Part shown: positions 52,201 through 63,832 of the stretch, in pieces
Layout: each line of letters begins with the position of its first letter
Position numbering within the stretch: the first letter of the stretch is position 1
NCBI GenBank assembly: GCA_965655095.1
Contig: OZ296648.1
Location: 123,008,001 to 123,072,000, forward strand
Direction of reading: 5' to 3'
Origin: Haplodiscus bocki
Taxonomy: Eukaryota
DNA: 64,000 nucleotides
Notes under the pieces: generated by a model
What the model was told of the DNA's origin: nothing
What the model saw: only the letters and a program-made list of their open reading frames with translations
Databases searched by the model: none
Translations under genes and position numbers: made by a program

Positions 52201-54299
52201 AAGTTTAGCGCATGTTGTAGTTTTAACTGTAGTTTGAATCGAATCTATCGATTTTCTCCCACGGCTATCCTGTTTGTTCTGACTGGTTTTTCCTTTATAT
52301 ATCTCGCTGTTGGTGTTTCAGGTTTTGTGAAGAAAATAGTCTAGTTATAGTGATGCGTCGGAAATGTGGGATGGAAGTGAGCCCGTGTTCAGTCAAGGAA
52401 GCATCCGAAGGTAATGGCGTAGCTCTTGCAGCGGATGATACCTGCTCAAACAGTGGAAAAGCTTTACTTAAGATCGCCTTCTTCAGTATGTCCGATGAAG
52501 AAGTCGTGCATTCTTTCAGATTATGGGTTGAGCGGAAAATGGACAAACCATTTCCGTAAACCGAAATTTCTGGGTTGCTTCCCGTTAGTGAAAATAGAGA
52601 GGATGTTTGCCCGTGGCTCAAAAATGCTGTTGTTCTTTTTGAATTTGTACCTTACATGGTTTTTTTTGGTTGGTGACGGTAAATAAAGCGCAGAGGTGCA
52701 CCGTGACACTGATCCACTTAGCCCAATCATTTCATCTCTACTGCGTGGTCGTAAGATATGATTGGTTTCCCCGAATTTTCTTTCTACAGCATCTAAGCTC
52801 GGGCACGACGTTCTCAAAAGTCAGTTGAACCAATTCTTCGAAAAACTGAAAAATCGTTGGTATTCTGATATACCTTTTTGTTTTCAGTACGCTGGCGATA
52901 CTGCCTGTTTCCTTGCGTTAACTGGTCACTTTGTCCCATCCATGACAAGTCTAATGAGTGGCGGGTGGTTTTAACGCATACTGTCAAGTTGGAAGATAAC
53001 GTTGCTCCGGCACGAGAGACTAGAGATCCCAGTAATAACTAGGCACAGGCTGATGATGCACGTGTTCACGGTGGCAATGTTCAAAAGAAATCAGGCGTAA
53101 ACAAGAAGAAAATTGGGGCAGGGAAAAAGAGGACAAATTTGGCAGAATAGATTCAATTTTTCTGGTTTTTTTGAGTAATTTCCCTTGCCATTTTTTGCAG
53201 ATCGAGCGGCACACTTTATACACCGTTCTTTTGAGCCATCTGAACAAGTAAACTTCAATGTTAGACTATAAAGCGTAGGGCTGGTTCTGCATTCAGTCGA
53301 CATGGCAGAGTGTGTGCAACGGACTATCTGAGAAAAATCAGAGGTCAGATGAAACGCGTTGAGAGGTACGTTAGAGTTTAGTACTGCAATATAAACCACT
53401 CTATTGCATTTGGCTTGTTTTTTTTCACGTCCCGTGGTATGTTTTGTCGATTTGAAAAAAGTTGAAGCGCTCAAGATGGCAGAATTACGCTGTTTCTGGT
53501 AGCTTGTAATTACAATTTTGATGTCGTTGTTGTTTGTGGGGTTTTCAGGCGTACTGAACTACTTTCAAGCAAGCAGCAAGCGTTAATCTTCCCCTAAAAA
53601 CATTTTGTTTCGGTACTTGTTTTTTTCTCTTTCAAGGTGCCAAATTTTCGGAATTAGCGAGTCGGTACGAATGTTAGTTGCATTTAAGACCAAATATGCT
53701 TGGTTTACGGCCTATCCGAGAAGTTCGTTTCTTCGAAATTTTCAATCCTCGAGTTTTTAGGTGTTTTTTTTGTGCAAAGTCTGTGAAGAACTTGAAAGCT
53801 TTGTGTTGAAGTCGACCCACAGGTTTGTTACTTCTAGTTCCCAGTACTCTCTATCTTTTCTGTTCATTCTGGCTCTGAGGCAATTTTCCTGGTAGTGTGT
53901 TAGATTGAGGGGAATTGAAGCACACAGTTACTGAAACAATCGGTGGGTCAAAAACTTCTTTAAGGTTTTGTTTTAAAGTCTGCCATTGAAGTTTGTCTAT
54001 TCTGCATCCTTTTTCCGATGTTCTAATGTGTTTGACTCGAAGATCTTCCGCGTAATGCGTATCTTGATGTTCTTTTTCTTTCTCTCTTCATCTCTCTCTT
54101 CCAAAAATGTTGTCAGTGGATCAACTGTTCCTAATGTTGTTGGTGAGGGCATGCCTCCAAACAATATAGACACACGAAGTGGGTTGTCGAATCTTGCGGA
54201 TTAAATTTGTGTGGAATTTTTGTCTTTGGCTAGTGATGAGTCTTTTGTCGAATTATTCTTGTCCTCCTCGAAATTGTATTAAACTTGTGTGTATTTGAA

Positions 54300-57200
54300 A
54301 GTTTTCCAGGTTGGTACCTTCAATATCTTCATCGTGGTTGAGTCGTTTCATTGGGCGTAATCTGGTTCGGTATAACTTTGGCGTGCAGTGTGTGCCAACT
54401 TTCGAATTTACATAGTTTGCGTCCATGAGACTTTCCCGATATGCACAAGCCTAGCCATGATTTGAAAAGTTTCGGACTAAATTTTGATTTTTCCGTCATT
54501 TTGGGTTTAGTATTAGGCAATAAGAAAGTGGTTTGAGTTTGTTTGATCGTGACTTTCGTTCATGGTGTCGTCGATTTTTTTGAAGCAGTTCGCTAGCGTT
54601 TCTTTGGCGTTTGGAAATTTTTTCAACATTTCATCACCGTGATTTGACCAAATTTTAGTTTAGGCTTGAGTTTTGAATACAGTTGCTAGGACAACGATAT
54701 TCTTGCGGTTGTTTTGGGTCTATTCCACGGAAAAGGATCATTGGGGACATCCGATAAATACATGTTATGATGTGCAGTGTAAAAGTGCTGTAAAGTTGAG
54801 GTATTTATATCAGTTTAAGAACGACTGATTGCTGTTGAGTTTCAAAATCAATGTCAATGCAGCATATGCCTTTTTTACGACACGCATCGTTTGTGGATAT
54901 TTGAATGATGCATGAGATTTTTCGAACTACAAAAAGTGGTAAGTTCCCTGAAAAAACTGACACAACCTGACTTCACAAATCAGATTGTTTTTCTTGAGGT
55001 ATGTAGCTATGTTGGAACGCAACTGAGTTCAAGGCTGTTGCTAGACAAGGTGCAATTTTTGTTGTTAGCGGTACTGCGGAAAGGTTTTTACTGAGAACAT
55101 CTATGGCTGTGAGTGCGTGCAGGTAAGGTGAAGATAGGAATGGTTTCAAAATGTCAGTTTGGTTTAGCTCTCCAGGGAATATCGTGGTTGGTGATGCTTC
55201 GTTCAAGGGTGTTTGCCACCATGATGTTTGAACTAGTTTCATTCGTAAGCAGGTTTAACGGTTACGTATGTAGTCAGCCATCATTTCGAATGAGTTGGGA
55301 CAGAATCATTTCGGGATTTCTGCTTTTGTTCTTGTGCTTCCCAAGCGTCCTCCCGTTGATTAAAGTAAGCAACAGAAATTTCTTTCATCATGTGTTTGAG
55401 GACATATACTTGGTTGCACGAGGTCATTTTGTCATGACCACAGCATTTTGGCCAGAGATTCCAATTTTTTGGTAGGAAAAGCCGTGATAGTTGTCTGAGA
55501 TGTTTCTGTTCATCTCTAGTTGAGTAATTTGTTGGGGGTGCATTTCGTAAATATATGCATTTTGTGACCTTCGACATTGGTTGGTCTGAAATTTACTATT
55601 TCCCCAGTTTTGCATTGGAGGTTTCTACTTCAGGATAGATGTCTTTTAGGTTTGGATGTCTCGTATGGCATTGTTTTCACGTGATTCCACTGTTTATGTG
55701 ACAATTTGTTTTTCGCGTTGTGATATCAGATTTAGTATTTGTTGTACTGCTTGTGGGTAATTACCAAACTGTTTAAATGTTATCTATGTGGTGATTTCTA
55801 TCGTTTGCGGAAGGTCTTTTGGTCAATCTTGTGCAAACAGTTCGCTGTTTGTGCTGTCTGGAAGCTTAGCACTTGCGTCTTTTTCTTTCTTCTTCAGGGA
55901 TTCTATCGGTCAGTTTGAGTTCATTTTTTTATGTTCAATTGTAAAGGAGATAAGAAGCCTGCTGACGCCCTGGCTTTTCCCGGTAAATGCGCTGCCTTTA
56001 TTTCAAAAGCTACTTGGTCAACGTATTTCCAAAGTGATGTAGAAATTGTTTTCGCATGCAAAAATTTTGTTTGATTTTTGATGTCAGTTGGTATCAGCAC
56101 TAGCTTTTGAATTCCCCATTTGAAAAAAAAACCCGGAGCAAAATATATAGAGGATTTCTTCACAATCAATTGACTTCTTTCGTTGAGCTGTCGAATGTTT
56201 TGGATCCCAAGGAGACTGGCGCTTAGGTTTTAGCGCTTTCTCCTTTGTCATTCTTCACGTAATCTTCAGTGAGAAGTACAAATCCCCTCAAAAGATAGCT
56301 AGCATCACATGAGATTTACTTTTTGACTTCCTGTTTTTGACAGTCAGATTGGTACTTTCGTTGTCAGGTTCAATTTACGTTTGAGGCTTCCAAAAGCATT
56401 CTGTTTTTAATCAGTTATTTCAAATTAGAGGTTTCCCGCAAAAGTCTATGTGATGGGATGAGGTGTTCATTCAGAAGCTTCGGGAAAATTGTGGGAACCC
56501 GGAAGTTTTTTTCAGTTGTTTCACTGATTCGGGTGTTCTTAGAGTTTCAGAAATTTTTCCATTTCTGGTTGTAGACCTTTATCGGTTGTGACATTGCCAA
56601 CGAAGCGAAATTGTTCCGATCCAACAACAAATTTTTCGGGTGATAACATGAGTCCTGATCAGCGAAGGCATGTGAAATTGTCTGAGGTTCGGTAAGAAAT
56701 GGTCTACAGATTCCATTGCACATGCAATATCGTCTATGAATTGTGTGCAGAAGCTGGCTGATAAGCATTGTTTTTGGTAATCTCCCATAAATCAACCGAA
56801 TCCTGTAACTGATCTGGTCCCACTTCTTGCTAGTACTTGGTATTGTTCGAGATGCAAAATTAAAGGCAGAGATTTGTACTGACAGTGGTTCGGCCATTTG
56901 GACAGAAAGATAAGTTTGTGAACAATCAGCGTTTCAGAAAAATGTGAATTACCTGCAAAAAGCAGCGTCGTCTCTGCCATTGTTGAAATAGCAGACTGGT
57001 AATGTGGTAGTCACGTAAAAGCAAGTTGTTTATTCTTTATAAGTCCACCAAAATACGGAATTCTTCATTTGATTTGCAGTGTGCAAAAAAGGGCTACAGT
57101 ACTTTTAACGGTTGAGGCTTCTAATGACAGCAACAAATTGTAGCAGTGCAAGTTCAACTTGTAGTTCCTAACGTAGAAGAATTGGTCTTGCGGGGGTTTG

Positions 57201-58330
57201 GATATATCTTCGTTGACTCTGTTCTCGCCTGAGTTTCAATTCGAATTCTGAGTTGTACCCAATGTCCAATCTACAATTTGCACTAAGATTCGACAATTCA
57301 GTTAGCCAGTCTGCTACTGGTTGTTTGTTTTTACGGGTTAGAAGGGGTATCTCCCAGTTGAATCGCTAGAGAAAAGTGTGAAGTTGTCTTGTGAGTTATT
57401 GTTATTCAATTCCTGGCGTTCCAAAAGTTCCGTGAACTTTTTTTCTACACTTTTCAGAGTAATAGGGTTTTGTACGTCTCGTGAGTTTGAAAATACAATT
57501 TGTTGTAATCGGGTTCCGGTCGTGGTGGTTGGGAATCTGAATTAGGTTTTCCGTCAGAAACAAGTAGTTTGGTTTCTTTCGATTTCTTCTAGTAAGTTGA
57601 ATTTGGCTAGTTTTAAAATTGAGAGTCTATTGGGGTTTGTATTTGTGCTAGCCGGGGCGAAAAAATTTTGAGGACATCAACATCGGAATTGCGTGGAGTT
57701 GTCATTTTGTTGTTCTGGAGATTCATGGCCGATGTATCTTCAAGTTGCTTCCCAAGTCTGATTTGGAAAAAGATGTAACACACAAATCTAGTTTCTCTGC
57801 GAAACCTTTTTTGGGTTCCATAATTCCACATCTTCCGTGAAAATTGTATTTCTTGGGGGTAGGTGAAACTTCAATGTTGTCTGCCGATTCGGGACAATGA
57901 TAACTTTTTCCGTTGTTTTGTCCAAGTAACGTCAACTTACTCAGGGTCTCATGCCTTTTTACATTGATTGGAGGGTGAAGTCTGTAGTTTCATTATGTTT
58001 CCGTTCGGGTAAAATTGGATTGAGTTACTTTTAAGGAGCGCGTTTCCCAAAATTAAATTAATTCTTTGGAGGTACTAGAAACTGGTCCTAAAAAAGTTGT
58101 TTACTATTGGCAATACAAGTTGGGTCAGGCGATGCAGTGGTATAAGTTGCGCTCAAGCTAATTTGACTTTGCGGACCTCGGAAGGGGTGAGTGTAGCATC
58201 CATGCCGCATGAGAGACTTAGTTCTTCGTAACCTTTATCACTCATTGTGTTAGCACATGCACCTGTGTCAATCAAAGCTTTTGTATTGTCTATTGGAAAA
58301 CTCCAAAGGAACATAGACGATTTATCATTC
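54300..58330 (-). pseudogene. Gypsy pol (PR-RT-RNase H-IN), decayed
   Basis: Protease ALIDTGACAN (~58255-58285); RT SVQISAFNFASRT and TQFIDDIA (~56730); RNase H APVSLGSKTF, TDIK and AHLPGKARASAGFLS; integrase ORF 54973-55242. Confidence 0.9.
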
Positions 58331-58385
58331 GAGATACATTCGCTTTAGTGTTTTAAGTGTAATTCGTGCTTCCACTGTTTTTTGT

Positions 58386-59640
58386 TTATACAGGCGTTAG
58401 CTCTACTTGTTTGTTTTGGGGCTGTCTGGTATGGCATTTGATAACTTCGGCTCGTTGGTCTACGTTGGTTGCAATCTCTAGCATGGTCTTTTGGTTAGCG
58501 TCAAATGAAAAACTTGCTTGGAGTACGTTGTTTGTGCTATATGCCCTTGGTTTGCTGATTCTTGAGTTTGTGCCCCGGTATAGTTGCTGGTTCGTTGTTA
58601 CGGCTGTTGTAGCCTTGGTTGTATCCCTTGTTGTTGTTGAAGCTACATCGTCCTCTGTTGTTGAGGTTTCCATGTCCCGAAACTTCGTGGATTATTGAAT
58701 CGGTAGTTAGGTCTTTGCTGGTTTTCGGGTGGGTCTCTGGTAGCTTTGGTGTTGATTTGTAAAGTTTTTTTAGTATGACAAGTCCGTTTGTTGTGACATT
58801 ACTTCGTCCTGTTGCTAGTTTCGTCTGCGCACCTACTAAGTTTCCAGAGTGCTGAACAAACCTCATGAAAAACATCTCTGGTCCATTCAACACCTGGGCA
58901 ATATTCATAGAACACCATGTGGCGTCTAGCAATTGTAAACACAAGTTGTACTGTCACTCCTTCGTTCTGGTCCAACAGTTTACTTTTGAAGTTCGGCATT
59001 GCATTGGTGAGGATTTCATTTCTTTCGTTCAATAATTGTATTCTGTGACGTAGGTTGGTTTGTTTTTTTGTACTCTCGTTTTCTGCTTGTTCACTTGGTG
59101 TTAGCTGGTGGAATTGGTGGGAAGGTTAGGTCATGGTGAAAATGTTTTATTTTCAACTTGTACTAAGAGGTCTTCTGGGTTTCCGTTGTTGTCGGATTCT
59201 GGAGTCGTAGTTTGTGTATTTCTGGCAGGTTAGGGTTGAAATAGTGGTTCCTTTGTGCCATAATTGCTGCGTCAATGTTGTCTTGTGTTAGTCTTCTGAA
59301 GTTGTTGAGCTTGGTCCAGCAAGTGAAAGTGAAGGAACTGTGGTTGGTTGTTGGTTGGCATTTGGGTTACTGTCGACGTTGAACTTTTTAATAGGCTTTC
59401 GAAAATTAGCCAAATTTCATGATTTTCAGCGGAATGGATTGTTTTTTGGTTTTTCTGCTGCCATTGCTTGATTGTTATCCTCATGTTCTCCTTGTCACCG
59501 TGTAAAATTTTGTAGATGTCTTCCTTTAATTCAGTTCTCTTGAGTGATTCTGTTTAGCCCAAAACCTTCAGTTGGTGGTGTGATGAATTATTTTCTATGA
59601 AGATATTATCTGAAGATTTGGAACAACCATTCGGCAACAG
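58386..59640 (-). pseudogene. Gypsy ORF1/gag region, decayed
   Basis: Lies between the 5' LTR and the protease. Contains low-complexity N/R/G-rich fragments (NNRGRCSFNNNKGYNQGYNSR). Confidence 0.5.
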
Positions 59641-59757
59641 TCCGATTTTCTTGTGTCCCTCTCATCTCATACTTTCGTTGAATGATTATTCAAAATATCA
59701 CCTCATTAAATTTTTTGTCATGCGGAAATTATTGTTAATCAAATGTTTTACTGGCAA

Positions 59758-60028
59758 AATAATTTTTTTGTGTTCGCTTGCGGATATTAAATGTCGCCGG
59801 CTGAATAAAATGTTCGTTACTTTAATAAATTGAATAGTGCTTCGTATTGTTTGAGGATATTGCCCATTGCGTTCCGGAAGTGATTGTTATTGCTAATATC
59901 TGTCCAAATTATGATTTCTTAGCTCCTTCCAAATAAAAAGGGGTTGGCTCCATCTACTTCATGCATTTTTCGGATTGAAAGTTTGGTTGAAAATGAGCAA
60001 TTATGTTAAGTTCCATTAAAATATTACG
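59758..60028 (-). repeat. Gypsy 5' LTR
   Basis: Homologous to 32908-33179 and 18758-19039 (cgttccggaa, gctaatat, catgcattttt, gttccattaaaa). Confidence 0.6.
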
Positions 60029-60029
60029 A

Positions 60030-60860
60030 TTATGTTCATAGCCACCGCGTGAAACAAGCCAGACTTAGTTTTTTTGCATTCCAGTGAATTGAGAGACATG
60101 ACTGGTTGGAAATGATTGGCCAAAGTTCTTCGCTTTAAGCTTGCTTGATGTCGTATAAGCATTAAAGTACAGATTATGCTCCGATTATCCAGCAGCTTTG
60201 CCAGCTGAGCTTGCTCGAGAAAATGAAAATCGATCATTCAGGCCCGACAATGTAACTAGATTTTCAGGGCAAAAGTGGAGGATTGAGGGATAACCGCGGT
60301 CATCACGAAATGTTTCGTGTTTTTGGAAAAACGCAAAAGGGGGTATCACCACAAATTTTAGTGCTTGACTCATGCTGACCAGAAATAGCACACGATCGAA
60401 AGTCAGTTGAAATAGGCGAAACAATAAACCTGCAGTCATTTCATACCACGATCTAAGACGTGATTCACACATTTAGACTTTTGGAATTAAATCACCAACT
60501 GTCAAGCAAGCCTTTGTTCGAAAAAACTGAAGTAGACAAGTAGCCACACAGTATACTGAAGAACTTGACATGCTTTTGTAGATTTTAATGCCAATCATGT
60601 TTTCCAGGTCACGCTATTTAGTCGGCGCTTTTAACCTGAAAACCTGACTATTAGCATGGGTTTTTCCACCAAGCAAACGCAGAATTATTCGAAATGTAGG
60701 CACACATTTCAATTCCAAATATCCAAGACGAAAAGTCACGTAAACGGCAAAAACACCCCTTCACCCTTTGTATTTTGGAAAAAAATTGGACCACCGGTTC
60801 AAAAAGTTTCTGCGTGATACCACTTTTACATGTATCAAACATTCTTTGAACTACATGTAA
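60030..60860 (+). mobile_element. Possible piggyBac-like transposase 3' remnant
   Basis: KPAVISYH near 60430 and a decayed Cys/His-rich tail (RKRQKHPFTLCIL..FCVIPLLH) near 60740-60830. Weak, and no TIR seen. Confidence 0.25.
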
Positions 60861-61540
60861 TAGCTTTCTCAGGCAGTTTATTTTGTAATAATAAATTTAT
60901 GGCACTGAGGGAAAAACTAGATTGAACGAACTATTTTCGTCGAAAGGTCAATAATTATAAAACAAGGTCCCTAACATGTATATTTTGAGTCTAACATTTG
61001 ATTAGTTAATAATATCAGACGAAAAGTCAGACATTTGCAGTGGATGATATGCTAAACGGTTGACAATACCTACTTCAAAATTGAATTGATTTAAACCAAA
61101 AACCAGGCAAATGGTTAACAAGTTGACGCTCTGCATCACTGACAGCAACTTTCAAAATCGTCATCTAAATTTGATGCAAATTTGTCATCTGTAATGGAGT
61201 TCAAAATCTTAACGAGCCGTATCCATGACATCATGAACCGAATGATTCAAGCAATTCACTCTCATAGAACTCTTTCAATACACATATAAATTGCTATGAG
61301 TAATCTACTTTATGATTACACACTAAAATATACACATAAACTCATATTTACAATGACACAATCAGTATCGTGCAATCATCTACGATGTATGCGCCCATGA
61401 CTTCAATCCAGTTGCACCCCGTTGCCCATCTATAATTGGACGGTCCCGGAGGTCATCTCATATTGTGAAGGTCGGCGCATATGAATCAACATTATTGTAT
61501 CCGGCTTTCGAGGAGCAATTTATTTGTGCTTTCTGGTCTA

Positions 61541-62488
61541 TCAGGTTGCATCGAAAAATGACGAGTTTTTGATCTCCAAGTACAAATTGAAGAGGACGTG
61601 TAAAGATTGCAATCGATTGGGCTTCCCATTTTTTTCGTGAACAGGAATATCGAGCATAGTGCATAGCAAATCAATGTACGTTTCTAGATCGCAGTCCAAA
61701 TCGGCGTTGCATATAGAATCTTCGCCTCCCAGTTCTTGCATTCCAGCTTCGAAATCTTCCGGCCACTCGCGCATCAACAAGTCAACGTCAGGCATCGCTT
61801 TCGTGTAATGGACAGACTGACTGGGAAGCGAAGTAGTCAAGTCAGACATCTGGTTTAACCAGCTTTCCAAGTCTTTCACGCCTTTAGAATCTTTATGCAA
61901 ATTTGGGATTTTCTGAACAATGTTTTCTCGTTGTTTCTTTAACTTAGAGAAAGCTTGCAGTCTGTGATGTAAAACCGAAGGGTCACTTTGGTTAGCCACA
62001 GGTTCGTCAAGTACTGTCAACCCAAGGTTGTCTGGCAGTCCGTCAGGTCTTGGTATTTTCAAGAAAGCGTCAATGTCGCCAACTGCAGGAATGAAATCAG
62101 GAATGAACGGCTTCAGTCTATATTCCAAGTCAAGACTCTGCGGGGTGTATTTAGTTATGTAGCGAAATATCTCTTTCACTTCATTGTCGACCTTTAGGTG
62201 CTCGTACTCTGCAGGGTCATAAGCTCCTTCAGGGGCATCGTCGTCTTCGTCATCGTCACTGCTGTCCTCTTCGTCGTCTTCATCGTCATTGGCATCGTCC
62301 GCGTTCGGAGGTCGTTTAGCCAGAACTGGTTTAGATGAACGACTTTCCGTCGCTGCGCTGGATGGTTTGTTGGTTGAACCTGGCTTAGTCAAGTACTCGG
62401 AAGTATCTTCCTCACTCAAATCGTCGTCTCGGTTCATCGCTGAGGGGTTCGGTTTCAGAGGCGCAACTTCTGTTGGAATAGAATACAT
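61541..62488 (-). CDS. IFT46: Intraflagellar transport protein 46 homolog (IFT-B complex), 315 aa, uninterrupted ORF
   Basis: Acidic N-terminus, then EGAYDPAEYEHL..EIFRYITKYTPQ..LKPFIPDFIPAVGDIDAFLKIPRPDG..NLGLTVLDEP..QSDPSVL, VHYTKAMPDVDLLMREW and RLQSLHVLFNLYLEIKNS. These are hallmark IFT46 sequences. Confidence 0.97.
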   Translation of the reverse strand: MYSIPTEVAPLKPNPSAMNRDDDLSEEDTSEYLTKPGSTNKPSSAATESRSSKPVLAKRPPNADDANDDEDDEEDSSDDDEDDDAPEGAYDPAEYEHLKVDNEVKEIFRYITKYTPQSLDLEYRLKPFIPDFIPAVGDIDAFLKIPRPDGLPDNLGLTVLDEPVANQSDPSVLHHRLQAFSKLKKQRENIVQKIPNLHKDSKGVKDLESWLNQMSDLTTSLPSQSVHYTKAMPDVDLLMREWPEDFEAGMQELGGEDSICNADLDCDLETYIDLLCTMLDIPVHEKNGKPNRLQSLHVLFNLYLEIKNSSFFDAT

Positions 62489-63832
62489 TCATTAGCGTCG
62501 ACTGAAACTGGATTATGACGTACCAACTCCGATAGAACTACGATTGAATAGTCTTTTAATTCGAAAACTGTTCACGAACTACATGAGCTATAACTCAAGT
62601 AACTCATCAATTTTTGGAACTAGCATTTCTAAGCGCTCATTGCTAATTCTAAAGCATAAAATGACTAAATCAAAGCGTTTTGACGCGAATTATAAGACAT
62701 TTTTGCCGGCGTTTTATGAAATTTAAAACTCAACTTTCAACAATCACCTGTTTAGTTTAAAATTTATCTGTTACAAGACCATTCTAAAGGACAATAGTAA
62801 CTTTTGACGAAACTTGTCAATTTTATTCAAAAAAATTCGATGGTTTCCAAGACAACAACAGTCTCTAAGTGTTTATTTTCAATCTTTCAGTGTTCTGGTC
62901 CCTGGGTGCTCTCGGGCAGGGCCCCTGGCTTGTTGTTTCTCGCCCGTTATCTTTCTCTATTGCTCTTTTCCCAGCCAGGCATGTTCGAATGATATCTCAG
63001 ACAGAACATCGAATTTATCAAAAAAATATGCGATCTCAGATCAGGTACCCGAAGGTTTCCACTACAATTTTTTCTTCAATTTTTCAGCGAGATTACATGT
63101 AACTCTGCAAGTCTCCAACTGCATAGAACAGAAAACTAAAACAAATTTACAAATTACACTGACAGATGATCACGCACATTTTGGAGATTTGACCTCCAAG
63201 GAAGACGCGTTATGACCTTCAAAAAATCTAAATCTAATCCAGTCAGTATCCCCAAAATTTTTTCATAAAAGACGAGCATAAACGAACAGACAGTGAAATA
63301 TCAAAACTTTTCATGATTTCTTAGTATGTGTGTACCAGCAAAGAACAGGAGTCACACTCTACTCCTGTAACAAAAAATGTGTACCAAACAAACCCCCAAT
63401 CCAGTGAATCACAACAGAAACTAATATGGCAAAATACGCAAATCGACGCAGAAGAATCAAAAAAGCGGCCATCCTAAAAAATCATGAACGAACCAGTCAA
63501 TAGGCTTCGACGGTATCCGAAATGGTGTGCAGAAAACCTTTCTGATACCCAGCGAAAACTGCCGGCGCTCCTGTCAATTGCCTTAGAAATGTCTTTTTTT
63601 ATACTCCTTGAAAGTCTGGTTTAAAAATGCCAATTTTTGATAATAGGAGCAAAGTAAACATGCTACAGTCATGTCACACATAATGTAATCTGTTCCAAAG
63701 TTTTGAGAAAAAAATCAGTCACACTTACACGCAAGTACAACCACTTCTAAAAGATTGTCAATAAGGATCCCCAGCCCTAAATAATCGGCAGTTTTACGGA
63801 TTCATACAAAAGGTATTTGAGGATTACAACTT

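Larger units (their letters stand above)
36800..55780. repeat. Tandem triplication, ~6.6-kb unit (Gypsy integrase plus accessory region); units ~36800-42625, 42625-49228, 49228-55780
   Basis: Landmarks recur at 37159/43767/50368 and 40005/46611/53207. The ORF track repeats three times. Confidence 0.95.
32908..60028 (-). mobile_element. Ty3/Gypsy LTR retroelement with env-like gene, internally triplicated and decayed
   Basis: Homologous ~270-bp LTRs at 59758-60028 and 32908-33179 bracket ORF1, PR, RT, RH, IN, an accessory region and env, all on the minus strand. No TSD resolved. Confidence 0.72.

Noticed and set aside
37221-55475. Plus-strand ORFs repeated three times, resembling a gene family
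   Set aside because: They are antisense to Gypsy integrase/accessory DNA and repeat only because of the tandem triplication. Lengths and stops differ between units.
61988-62495. Plus-strand ORFs overlapping IFT46
   Set aside because: Antisense shadows of a real CDS.
62804-63215. 133-aa plus-strand ORF divergent from IFT46
   Set aside because: No recognisable motif or coding signature. It could hide an exon of a neighbouring gene, but the sequence alone does not support that.
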